This document shows, in pieces, positions 50,145 to 59,034 of a stretch of 64,000 nucleotides of DNA (position 1 is the stretch's first letter; every line of letters starts with the position of its first letter). The notes below the pieces were generated by a model. That model was not told where the DNA came from, searched no databases, and saw nothing but the letters and a program-made list of their open reading frames with translations. The position numbers were made by a program, and so were the translations under genes. The stretch lies in NCBI GenBank assembly GCA_041690135.1, contig JAWLHY010000007.1, positions 64,001 to 128,000 of the forward strand. Reading direction: 5' to 3'. The stretch is from Armatimonadota bacterium. Its GTDB lineage: Bacteria > Armatimonadota > SYMT01.

Positions 50145-51215
50145 ATGTCTAGCAGCGTCACGGCCGGGACCTTCAAGCGGACGTCCCTCGTTCTTTCCGG
50201 TCTTCTGATCACCCTTTGCCCCGCGGTCTCGCGGAGCGCCGATTCCCAGCCGGCGCCATTATCGGCGGCGAAGCCTACCTCTGCACCGCCCGCGGTGTGG
50301 TCCGTGGCCTTCAGCCCCGACGGCAAGACCCTGGCAGCCGGCAGCTACCAGCGGGTCCAACTCTGGGACGCCGAAGCCTGGACTCCCGCGCGGAACCTGA
50401 CCGGGCATGCCGGCCCGGTACGGTGCCTGGCCTGGAGCGGCGACGGCAAGCAACTCGCCGCGGGAGGCGGAAAGCCGGGCACGCTGGGTGAGGTGAAGAT
50501 CTGGACCGTGGGCGACGGCACCACCGCTGCCGCCCCCATGACCCTGGCCGAGCACAAGGACGTGGTGGAGGGCGTGGCCTTCAACACCACGGGCGGCGTA
50601 CTGGTGACGGCCAGCGTCGATGAGAAGGCGCTTCCCGTGGAGTTGGCCACCCGTAAGGTCGTGCGGCCGATGACGGACCATACCAACCGCATCATCACCG
50701 TCGCCTTCTCGCCGAACGGCAAGTACGTGGCCACCGGCAGCCTGGATCGCACCATCAAGATCTGGAACGCCCAGGACTTCACCCCACTGGCGAACACAGA
50801 CCACGCCGGCGGGCAGGTGCACAACCTGGTGTTCCTCTCGGACGGCAATCAATTCTTCGCCGGTGGCGAAGACGGCAACATGCGCCTCTATCGGATCTCG
50901 GAGAGCCGGTCCGGCAAAGTCACGGGTTACAACATCTCGCTCGGGCGCACCATCGGCGGTAACCGAACCCCTATTTTCGCCGTGGCGGCCTCCCAGAAGG
51001 GCAACCTGATGGCGGCGGCGGGCGAGGACTCTCTGGTCCACGTATTCGACACCGGTGGGGGACGGAAGCACACGCTCAAGGACTGCACCGGCCCCGTCTA
51101 CTCTCTCTCCTTCAACCCGGACGGCTCCCTGCTGGCCGCGGCTTCCCGCGATGGAAAGGTCCGCGTGTGGACCACCAAAGACGGCAAGCTCGCCACTGAG
51201 CTCACTCTCCCCTGA
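50145..51215 (+). CDS. Secreted WD40-repeat protein
   Basis: GAGGAG RBS; signal peptide; about 7 WD40 repeats (VAFSPDG...LWD, GH..PV, TGSLDRTIKIW). Confidence 0.9.
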   Translation: MSSSVTAGTFKRTSLVLSGLLITLCPAVSRSADSQPAPLSAAKPTSAPPAVWSVAFSPDGKTLAAGSYQRVQLWDAEAWTPARNLTGHAGPVRCLAWSGDGKQLAAGGGKPGTLGEVKIWTVGDGTTAAAPMTLAEHKDVVEGVAFNTTGGVLVTASVDEKALPVELATRKVVRPMTDHTNRIITVAFSPNGKYVATGSLDRTIKIWNAQDFTPLANTDHAGGQVHNLVFLSDGNQFFAGGEDGNMRLYRISESRSGKVTGYNISLGRTIGGNRTPIFAVAASQKGNLMAAAGEDSLVHVFDTGGGRKHTLKDCTGPVYSLSFNPDGSLLAAASRDGKVRVWTTKDGKLATELTLP

Positions 51216-51268
51216 CGGTTCCAACCCGGCCCGGCCGACACCACATGGTTCAACGAGGAAACAGTCGA

Positions 51269-53449
51269 ATGAGATCTAAGGCATTCATCGGCGGTCTCGC
51301 CCTCTCCCTGGGCGCGGCCACGGGAGCCTGGGCCCAGGCTCTGCCCCGCATCCAGGCGCTCTATCCTCCGGGTGCCCGCGCCGGCAGCACGCTGGACGTC
51401 GCGATCCGCGGCGGCGGCATCGAAGGCGCCCGCGAGGTGATCGTGGACGGGACGGGTCTCAAGGCCACCCTGAACGCGGCCAACGTCAAGATCGACCCCG
51501 CCGAGCAGAAGCTGTTCCAGGGGAAGTGTGCCGGTTGTCACGAGTTGCGCGGCCCCCAGAACATCAGCCGGACCGCCGACCAGTGGGTGGCGACCGTCGA
51601 CCGGATGATCAAGGACAAGGGCGCCCCCATCGACGATACAGATCGTGCCAAGATCGTCAACTACGTCCGCGCGGCGGCCCGGGCCAGCGCCGGGTTGACG
51701 GCTCGGATCGAGGTAGCGGCGGATGCCAAACCCGGCCCTCGTGAAATCCGCATCGTCGGCACCAACGGGACCTCCACCGCTTTCCCGTTCGAGGTGACGA
51801 CCCAGCCCGAGTCGCTGGAAGCAGAGCCGAACAACGACGTGACCAAGGCCCCCGTGGTATCGCTGCCGCTCACCGTGAGCGGTCAGCTGACCAATACCGA
51901 CGTCGACGCCTTCGCTTTCCAGGCCAAGAAAGGCGAGCGCCTGGTTTTCAACTGCAGTGCCTACCGCCTGAACGAGGCGAGCCAGGACAGCTTCTTTCCG
52001 GTCCTCTTCCTCTACGACGACAAGGGGAAAGAGCTGGTCAAGAACACCGGCTATTTCAGTTTCGATCCGCTCATCGACTGGACGGCGCCCGCGGACGGAA
52101 AGTACGTCATCCTCATCCGCGACATGCTCTATCGCGGTACGCCCAAGAGCATCTATCGCTTGAGCATGGGGGCGCTGCCCTACAAGACCTATCTCTTCCC
52201 GGCCGGCGGCAAGCGTGGTACCACCACCCGCACCACCCTGAGTGGCGAGAACATGCAGCCGAAGACCCTGGAGGTTCCCGTGGCCGCCAACGCGCCGGCG
52301 GGAGTCCGCCAGGTGAGCACGGCCCAGGGCGCCTTCCGCTTCGTGGCGGGCGAGTACGAGGAGTACATCGAAAAGGACGTCGAGGGCCCGCAGGCGATCC
52401 AGCTCCCCTTAAGCATCAACGGGCGCATCCAGGCCGAGAAGGAAGAGGACCGCTACAAGTTCACGCTGACCAAAGAGACCCTCGGCACCTACACCTTCGA
52501 AGCCTTCGCGGATCGCGTGGGCTCACCGCTGGTCGCCCGGCTCACGCTGCGCGATCCGAAGGGTCGCGCCCTGGTATCCAACAACGGTGGGGCCGGTACC
52601 CGAGATCCGCGGATCGACTATAACTTCACCCAGCCGGGCGAGTACACCCTGGAGATCCTCGACGCCGCCGAGCGCTTTAGCCCCGCCCACATCTACCGGA
52701 TCAGCGCCGGGCCGGCCGACCCCGATTTCCACCTGGAAGTTTTCCCGGACAACCCGAACCTGGGCCCGGGGTCCAGCGTGTATCTCACCGTCCGCGTACC
52801 CCGCCGCGTCGGCGTGCCGGGAGACATCGAGGTCCAGTTCTCCAAGCTTCCGGCCGGCGTGACGGCCAGCCCCACGGTGATCCGCGCCGGCGAGAACCAG
52901 GCGTTCGTGACGCTCACCGCCGCGCCGAACGCAAAAGTAGGAACCTTCAGCCTCGCGGAGGTTACGGGCAAGACCACGATCAACGGCAAGACCATCCAGC
53001 GGGATGCGGTGCCGTACGAGATCTACCGCATCAATAACAACGCCCAGGTCTCGTATCGCGCCAACATGGTGGTGTCGGTCGGCCCGGACGCGGGCTGGAA
53101 AGTCAGCCTGTCGCCCGTCCAGATGCGGATGTCGCCGCAGTCCGGTCCCGTCGAAGTCACCGTCAAGCTCGACCGCAACGGGTACGACCGCGACCTGCCG
53201 TTTGCCATCGTCGGGGTCCCGAACGGCGTCCGCGCGCCGCGCTCGATCCTCTTCAAGCGGGGCACGGATGAGATGACCTTCACGCTCACCCCCACGGACG
53301 GCGGGATCTTCGCGCCGCGCCGCGCCAACCAGCCCCCGCCCCCGCCCTACTTCCTGCTCGCCGTGGTCAACGGCCGGGAAGGAGAGGGGATGATGATGTG
53401 CAGCCCCGCCGTTCCGGTCCACCTCTCCATGCCCGAAGCAGCTCCCTAA
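51269..53449 (+). CDS. Secreted PPC (pre-peptidase C-terminal)-repeat protein with inserted cytochrome c domain
   Basis: YPPGARAGST..V.IRG; CAGCH...W...VDRM; E.EPNND, DVD.FAF, ADGKY.I.IRD...YRL repeats. Confidence 0.85.
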   Translation: MRSKAFIGGLALSLGAATGAWAQALPRIQALYPPGARAGSTLDVAIRGGGIEGAREVIVDGTGLKATLNAANVKIDPAEQKLFQGKCAGCHELRGPQNISRTADQWVATVDRMIKDKGAPIDDTDRAKIVNYVRAAARASAGLTARIEVAADAKPGPREIRIVGTNGTSTAFPFEVTTQPESLEAEPNNDVTKAPVVSLPLTVSGQLTNTDVDAFAFQAKKGERLVFNCSAYRLNEASQDSFFPVLFLYDDKGKELVKNTGYFSFDPLIDWTAPADGKYVILIRDMLYRGTPKSIYRLSMGALPYKTYLFPAGGKRGTTTRTTLSGENMQPKTLEVPVAANAPAGVRQVSTAQGAFRFVAGEYEEYIEKDVEGPQAIQLPLSINGRIQAEKEEDRYKFTLTKETLGTYTFEAFADRVGSPLVARLTLRDPKGRALVSNNGGAGTRDPRIDYNFTQPGEYTLEILDAAERFSPAHIYRISAGPADPDFHLEVFPDNPNLGPGSSVYLTVRVPRRVGVPGDIEVQFSKLPAGVTASPTVIRAGENQAFVTLTAAPNAKVGTFSLAEVTGKTTINGKTIQRDAVPYEIYRINNNAQVSYRANMVVSVGPDAGWKVSLSPVQMRMSPQSGPVEVTVKLDRNGYDRDLPFAIVGVPNGVRAPRSILFKRGTDEMTFTLTPTDGGIFAPRRANQPPPPPYFLLAVVNGREGEGMMMCSPAVPVHLSMPEAAP

Positions 53450-53485
53450 CGCTCCGGATCCTTCGGAAGCAAAACCTACCCCAAG

Positions 53486-53513
53486 AGCCCCGGCGCACAC
53501 GCCGGGGCTTTTC
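53486..53513 (+). terminator. Rho-independent terminator of the 4-gene operon
   Basis: AGCCCCGGCG-CACA-CGCCGGGGCT then TTT. Confidence 0.75.
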
Positions 53514-53740
53514 CTATCGCCTACGAGACCCCCAGGTGAGAGCCTCCAACCTTGCCAGGGTCCCCTAGCCCCTATTCTCATCCAGGTCCCAACGCCATCC
53601 GCCCGTTCTGAGGCACAAAAGTAATGCACCAAATCGTCACTGCGAGGAGGGGTAAAACCCAGCCGACTTCACAGACCTACTCCGCCCCAAAGGCCGAAAC
53701 ACAGCCATCATGTTCCCTCACTCCGATACCCGACGTGGCA

Positions 53741-53929
53741 GGCCCCCTGGTCAGGGTAGCCGTCCTTTCGCTGGACTCCTTATCCTGATCCTAAGCCATT
53801 CCGGCCCCCTGGTCAGGGCAGCCGTCCTTACCTGGGCTTCGTTATCCTTATCTTGACCCCAATCCATTCCGGCCCCCCGGTCAGGGCAGCCGCACTTACC
53901 TAGAACTCTTCATCTTTATCCTTATCCTG
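53741..53929. repeat. Three imperfect 62-68 bp direct repeats
   Basis: GGCCCCC[T/C]GGTCAGGG[T/C]AGCCG cores at 53741, 53803, 53871, each followed by a TATCCT-rich tract. Confidence 0.85.
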
Positions 53930-53950
53930 TGGCGACGACCCTAGGACGGA

Positions 53951-53994
53951 GCAAAACAAAGCCCCTGGTCCGGACATCTGTCCGGACCAGGGGC
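53951..53994 (-). terminator. Terminator for the lacI-PSD1-DUF1501 operon
   Basis: Perfect 16-bp stem GCCCCTGGTCCGGACA/TGTCCGGACCAGGGGC (53961-53994) followed on the minus strand by TTTGTTTT. Confidence 0.75.
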
Positions 53995-54120
53995 ATGTTA
54001 CTCCTGTCCTATTCGGACCTCACTCAAGCCCTGCACCCACTCCATCCCCCGAACAGGGAAGTACTCATGGGCCCGGACTCTTTATCCTAATCCTCATCCT
54101 TATCCTAATCGGACGAAGTC

Positions 54121-55557
54121 TCAGGCCAGGATCTCTTCCACGATCCGCCCGTGGACGTCGGTGAGGCGGAAGTCGCGGCCGGCGTACCGGTAGGTCAGCT
54201 TCTCGTGGTGCATGCCCAGCAGGTGCAGGATGGTCGCATGCAGGTCGTGCATGTGCACTTTGTCCTGGACGGCATAGTAGCCGTAGTCGTCGGTCGCGCC
54301 GTAGGTCATGCCCGGCTTTACGCCGCCGCCTGCCAGCCACATACTGAAGGCGTGCGGGTTGTGGTCGCGCCCGTCGTTCCCCTGCGCGGTCGGGGTGCGG
54401 CCAAATTCGCCGCCCCACCACACCAGCGTGTCTTCCAGTAGGCCTCGCTGCTTGAGATCCTTGAGCAGGCCCGCGATCGGTTTATCGACCTCCATCGCGT
54501 TCTTGCCGTGACCTGCCTTCAGGTTGCCGTGCTGGTCCCACTTGTAGCTGTGGGTGCACTGGATAAAGCGGACCCCCGCCTCGGCATACCGGCGGGCGAG
54601 GAGGCATTGGCGCCCGAAGTTATCGGTCGGCTCCTCGTTGATGCCGTAGAGCTTGAGCGTGGCTTCGGACTCGTCCGAGATGTCCATCAGTTCCGGCACG
54701 GTCATCTGCATTCGGAACGCGAGTTCGAAGGAGTTGATGCGGCCTTCCAGTTGCGGGTCCGGCGCCAGGGGCTGGAGGTGCCGCTGGTTGACCCGCTTCA
54801 ACATGTCGAGCTGGAACTGCTGCAGATCGCGCGAGATCTCGGCGTTCTCAATGAACTTGATCTGGGCTTCCTTCGCTTTGATGCTGGCGTTGCCGACCGG
54901 CGTGCCCTGGTAGTCGGCTGGGAGGAACGCCGCGCTCCAGTTCTGAACGCCGCCGTGACCCAGGGTGGGGCAGATGGTGATGAAGCCCGGCAGGTTCTGG
55001 TTCTCGCTGCCGAGGCCGTAGGTCACCCACGACCCGATGCTCGGGCGCACGAAGGTATCCGAACCGGTGTGGAGTTGCAGCAGGGCGCCGCCGTGGGCCG
55101 AGTTGTTGGCGTGGATCGAGCGGATGACGCAGAGATCATCCACGCAGGACCCCACGTGAGGGAAGAGGTCACTGACTTCGATTCCGCTCTGGCCGTACTT
55201 CCGGAACTCCCACGGCGAGCGCAGCAGGTTCCCCGTCTGGGCGAACTGTACGCGCGGCTTCTGACCCGGGAAGGGTTTCCCGCTATCGCGGGTCAGGAGC
55301 GGCTTGGGGTCGAACGTATCGACCTGCGACGGCCCGCCGTGCATGAACAGGAAGATGACCCGCTTGGCTCGCGGCGCGTAATGGGGCTTGCGAGCCGCCA
55401 GGGGATGGGCCGCGGGCTCTGCGGTCGGTGCGGTGGCCGGCGCGGCCTGGCTTTCCTGGGCCGCCAGTCCGGCGAGGGCCATCATGCCGAAGCCGTTCGC
55501 CGAGGACCGCAGCAGGTCCCGGCGGCTGAAAACCGGTGTAAAGCGATTGCAGTTCAC
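54121..55557 (-). CDS. DUF1501 protein (Tat signal)
   Basis: SRRDLL; FLFMHGGPSQVDTFDPKP, WDQH, WGGEFGRTP, GRDHNP, HDLHATILHL; GTG start at 55557 inferred. Confidence 0.92.
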   Translation of the reverse strand: MNCNRFTPVFSRRDLLRSSANGFGMMALAGLAAQESQAAPATAPTAEPAAHPLAARKPHYAPRAKRVIFLFMHGGPSQVDTFDPKPLLTRDSGKPFPGQKPRVQFAQTGNLLRSPWEFRKYGQSGIEVSDLFPHVGSCVDDLCVIRSIHANNSAHGGALLQLHTGSDTFVRPSIGSWVTYGLGSENQNLPGFITICPTLGHGGVQNWSAAFLPADYQGTPVGNASIKAKEAQIKFIENAEISRDLQQFQLDMLKRVNQRHLQPLAPDPQLEGRINSFELAFRMQMTVPELMDISDESEATLKLYGINEEPTDNFGRQCLLARRYAEAGVRFIQCTHSYKWDQHGNLKAGHGKNAMEVDKPIAGLLKDLKQRGLLEDTLVWWGGEFGRTPTAQGNDGRDHNPHAFSMWLAGGGVKPGMTYGATDDYGYYAVQDKVHMHDLHATILHLLGMHHEKLTYRYAGRDFRLTDVHGRIVEEILA

Positions 55558-55568
55558 GGTAGAGACCC

Positions 55569-58500
55569 TCAGTTCAGATAGATGAATTCGCTGGAGGCGA
55601 ACAGGATCTGGCACAGGCTCTGCCAGGCCGCCTTCTTCCGCTCGGTGGGATCTTTCACCCGGTCGCCGAGCTTCTCCTCATACAGCTTGAGATACTGGAG
55701 TGAGCTGTCGACCTCGTCCTGTGCGGCGGGCCGGCTGTAGGCCGTCAGGTAGGCCGCGCGCACCCGCGCCGCATCGTCCGCGTAGCTGCCGCCGAGCAAG
55801 CTCTCTGCCCAGGCTCGCGCCTGCTTCAGGACGAACTGCCCGTTCATCATGAAGAGCGCCTGGGGCGCCACGGTGGTGCTGGACCGCTTACCGTTCAGGA
55901 AGCTCGGCTCCACGAAATCGAAGACCTGGAACACGTCGAACACGGCGTTCCGGATCACCGGCAGGTAGATGCTCCGGCGTGGGCTGTCGTACTGCGCCGC
56001 GTTTCCGGACTGATCGTTGGTCACGTAGGCAAAGTTGGGAGTGGCGAGGAGCGTACCGCCCATCGTGCGGTCCAGTTGCCCGGACACGGCCAGGATGCCG
56101 TCCCGGATCGCTTCCACTTCCATCCGGCGGCGGTTCATCCGCCAGAGGAGTTGGTTCTCCGGGTCCGCCAGGGCCGCGCGAGCGTCGTAGGCCGTGCTCA
56201 TCTGGTAGGTGCTGGAAAGGAGCATCAGCCGGTGCATCGCCTTGATGGACCAGCCCTTCTGCACGAACCGCTTTGCCAGCCAGTCGAGGAGCTCCGGGTG
56301 AGAGGGGCGGTCCCCCAATTTGCCGAAGTTGTCGGAGCTGCGTACGATCCCCTCGCCGAAGTGGTGCTGCCAGATGCGGTTGACCATCACCCGCGCCGTC
56401 AGCGGGTGGTTCGGGTCCGTCAGCCAGTGGGCCAGCTCCAGCCGTCCGCTGGTCGCCTGCGGTAGCTCCGGCTGCTCGTTGGAGATGATCCGCAGGAAGC
56501 CGCGCGGCGCTTCTTCCCCCAGCGTCAGGTGGTTGCCGCGGATGTGGACCTTCACGTTCGCGATGGCCTTCTCATCCTCCACGGCGATCGCCATCGGGAC
56601 GGGCGGCGGGGCGGCAGCGACAATTGTCTTTTCTTCACCCTTGAGCTTCTCCAGCCCGCTCTTCGCCTCGGCGGTATAGAACCGTTCGATCTTGTCCAGG
56701 CCGAATGCTCCGTTGCCGCCGTAGAGCACCTGGCGCAGCGCTTCCTGGTCCGCGTCGTTCAGCTTGTTGATCGGTTTCTTGCTGGCCTTCACCCGCCCGT
56801 TCCAGATCTTATTGATCTGCACGAACAGCTTGCCATAGCGCTGCGCGACTTCTTCCAGGGACTTCGGCGCCTCACCGGAGAATGCCTCGGCCACGGAAGG
56901 ATGCCAGCTCTTCAGTCGGCTGCCGCTCTTCCACTCCGCCACCAGCTTCTGCGCCGCCTCGGCGAAGCCCGCTTCCGGCAGGGCGCTGAAGGCGTGCCAG
57001 GCCGAGAAGATGGGGTCGCCGCCCCGCTTCCGCGAAGCCAGAAGGTAGGCGGCGGACCGGCGCAGCACGTCGGGGTTCAGGTTATGCTGCTTCGCCAGCT
57101 CCGTGGGGTTGATCCGCGGCCGGGATCCGGGCGCTGCCGGAGCCTGACCGGCCGGGGCCGGCGGGACCAGCGCGATCTTGTCGATGTGCGGGAGCGCGCC
57201 GGAGGCCTGCTCCAAACGCAGCACGTGCTTGCCGGCGGTGGCGGTCAGCGTGCCCTCGACCAGCCATTCCTGGTTGGGGGGATTGAAGCCACCGGTGTCT
57301 CCAGCGGCAGCCCGCGGGAAGACGACCTGCCCATCCCACTTGATCCGGACCGGCCGGCTGCCGGAGGAAGCGTACCGCAGGGCCACCTGGTACTCGCCCG
57401 CCTTCTCCAGCGTCACGTCATACTCGGTGAAGGCGGCGCCGCGGCCGGCACTCTCGATGATGCCGATGCCTTGCCCGTAGCCGTCGTTCGTCACCTTCAC
57501 GTCGGCACGAGCAAACTTCTCCGCCTCCAGCACGCGGATCCCCGGCAGGTTGAGCGAGAAGGGCGCGGGCCCCTTCAGGGGCTCCACGGCTGCTTCCAGG
57601 CCGACCACCAGGTACTTGTGGAAATCCGCCACCAGTGCGGAGGAGGTTTCCAGGTTGATCCGCTCGGTCTCGCGCCTCAGCTCTTCCTGCTTGGCTTCGA
57701 GCTTCTGTTTGTGCTCCTCCACCCGGGCCACCGCTTCCTTATCGGCCAGCGGGCGCTCCAGCACACGGGCGACCGTGTTCAGCGTCGCCATCGTGCGCGT
57801 GCTCTTGAAGATGCCGGCCAGGCTGTAGTAGTCGCGGGTCGGGAACGGATCGAACTTGTGGTCGTGGCAGCGAGCGCAGCCCAGCGTGAACGCCATGAAC
57901 GCCTTGCCGGTCGTGTCGATCTGCTCGTCCACGATGTCCATGACCATCTTCTGCTTGTCGGGTTCCGCCAGCACCTTGGGTCCCAGCGCCAGGAAGCCGG
58001 TCGCGACCATCCGGTCGCGGTCCAGTTCCTCGTTGCCACTCGCCGGCATCAGGTCGCCGGCGAGCTGTTCGCGCACGAACTGGTCGTACGGCTTGTCCTG
58101 GTTGAAGGCCTTGACCACGTAATCGCGATAGCGCCAGGCATTCCCGAAGGCGGTGTTCTCGTCCAGGCCGTTGGAATCGGCGTAGCGGGCCACGTCCAGC
58201 CAGTGGCGGCCCCACCGCTCCCCATAAGCGGGGGTGGCGAGGAGGCGATCCACCACGCGCGCAAAGGCGTCCGGCGAGTTGTCCGCGAGGAACGCCTCCA
58301 CCTCGGCCGGGGTGGGGGGGAGTCCGGTGAGGTCGAAGGTCACGCGGCGGAGGAGGGTCCGCTTATCCGCCGGCGCCGCCGGTTTCAGGCCCTTTGCCTC
58401 CAGGCGGCTCAGAATGAACGCGTCGATGGGGGACTTGACCCACGCCTTGTTCTTCACGCCGGGCACGGCGGGGTCCTTGACCGGCTGGAAAGCCCAGAAC

Positions 58501-59027
58501 GCCTTCTGCTCCGGAGAGAAGAGCTGTCCGCCCTTCCCCCACGCGCCCCCCGGCCCCTGAGCCCCGCCCCCCGGCCCCTGATAATTCGGCCAGGGCGCGC
58601 CCATCTTGACCCACTGCGTGAGGTCCGCAATCTGCTGGGGCTTGAGTTTGCCCTGCGGCGGCATCTTCAGGTGGTCCTGCGTGTAGTTAACCGCCTGGAG
58701 CAGCAGGCTCTTCTCCGGGTCTCCGGGCACCACGAGAGGGCCGGTGTCTCCGCCTTTGAAGAACCCGGCCGCCGTATCGAGGCGGAGGCCGCCCTTTGTG
58801 TTCTTCTCGTTGTGACAGGCATTGCACTGCTGTGCGAGCAGCGGCCGGACCTTATTCTCGAAGAACTCCAGCGCCTTCGCGTCGGCGGCCGCTTCCGCCC
58901 CGGAACGCGCCGTCCCCCCCTTCGGAACCACCGGCTTCGGCGCTTCCTGCGCCGCCACCGAGGCCCACGCCAGCACGCCGGACGTGCCGAGGACCGCTCC
59001 CAATGCCGTACCGCTCAGTAACCTCAT
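55569..59027 (-). CDS. Cytochrome c + DUF1549 + CBM6/35-like + DUF1553 protein
   Basis: CNACH, YGERWGRHWLDVARYADSNG, CARCHDHKFDP, central LEAE...EY.V....AGEY.V.LRYAS...L.AG.H.L.L...IDKI, HPLTARVMVNRIWQHHFG, EFIYLN. Confidence 0.9.
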   Translation of the reverse strand: MRLLSGTALGAVLGTSGVLAWASVAAQEAPKPVVPKGGTARSGAEAAADAKALEFFENKVRPLLAQQCNACHNEKNTKGGLRLDTAAGFFKGGDTGPLVVPGDPEKSLLLQAVNYTQDHLKMPPQGKLKPQQIADLTQWVKMGAPWPNYQGPGGGAQGPGGAWGKGGQLFSPEQKAFWAFQPVKDPAVPGVKNKAWVKSPIDAFILSRLEAKGLKPAAPADKRTLLRRVTFDLTGLPPTPAEVEAFLADNSPDAFARVVDRLLATPAYGERWGRHWLDVARYADSNGLDENTAFGNAWRYRDYVVKAFNQDKPYDQFVREQLAGDLMPASGNEELDRDRMVATGFLALGPKVLAEPDKQKMVMDIVDEQIDTTGKAFMAFTLGCARCHDHKFDPFPTRDYYSLAGIFKSTRTMATLNTVARVLERPLADKEAVARVEEHKQKLEAKQEELRRETERINLETSSALVADFHKYLVVGLEAAVEPLKGPAPFSLNLPGIRVLEAEKFARADVKVTNDGYGQGIGIIESAGRGAAFTEYDVTLEKAGEYQVALRYASSGSRPVRIKWDGQVVFPRAAAGDTGGFNPPNQEWLVEGTLTATAGKHVLRLEQASGALPHIDKIALVPPAPAGQAPAAPGSRPRINPTELAKQHNLNPDVLRRSAAYLLASRKRGGDPIFSAWHAFSALPEAGFAEAAQKLVAEWKSGSRLKSWHPSVAEAFSGEAPKSLEEVAQRYGKLFVQINKIWNGRVKASKKPINKLNDADQEALRQVLYGGNGAFGLDKIERFYTAEAKSGLEKLKGEEKTIVAAAPPPVPMAIAVEDEKAIANVKVHIRGNHLTLGEEAPRGFLRIISNEQPELPQATSGRLELAHWLTDPNHPLTARVMVNRIWQHHFGEGIVRSSDNFGKLGDRPSHPELLDWLAKRFVQKGWSIKAMHRLMLLSSTYQMSTAYDARAALADPENQLLWRMNRRRMEVEAIRDGILAVSGQLDRTMGGTLLATPNFAYVTNDQSGNAAQYDSPRRSIYLPVIRNAVFDVFQVFDFVEPSFLNGKRSSTTVAPQALFMMNGQFVLKQARAWAESLLGGSYADDAARVRAAYLTAYSRPAAQDEVDSSLQYLKLYEEKLGDRVKDPTERKKAAWQSLCQILFASSEFIYLN

Positions 59028-59034
59028 CAATGCC

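Noticed and set aside
53741-53929. Possible mini CRISPR array
   Set aside because: Only three units, the 'spacers' resemble each other (TATCCT-rich) and there are no cas genes; treated as tandem repeats
56529-59021. 830-aa plus-strand ORF (and similar long antisense ORFs such as 24968..26494 and 26993..28660)
   Set aside because: Expected stop-poor antisense frames of high-GC genes; no recognisable motifs
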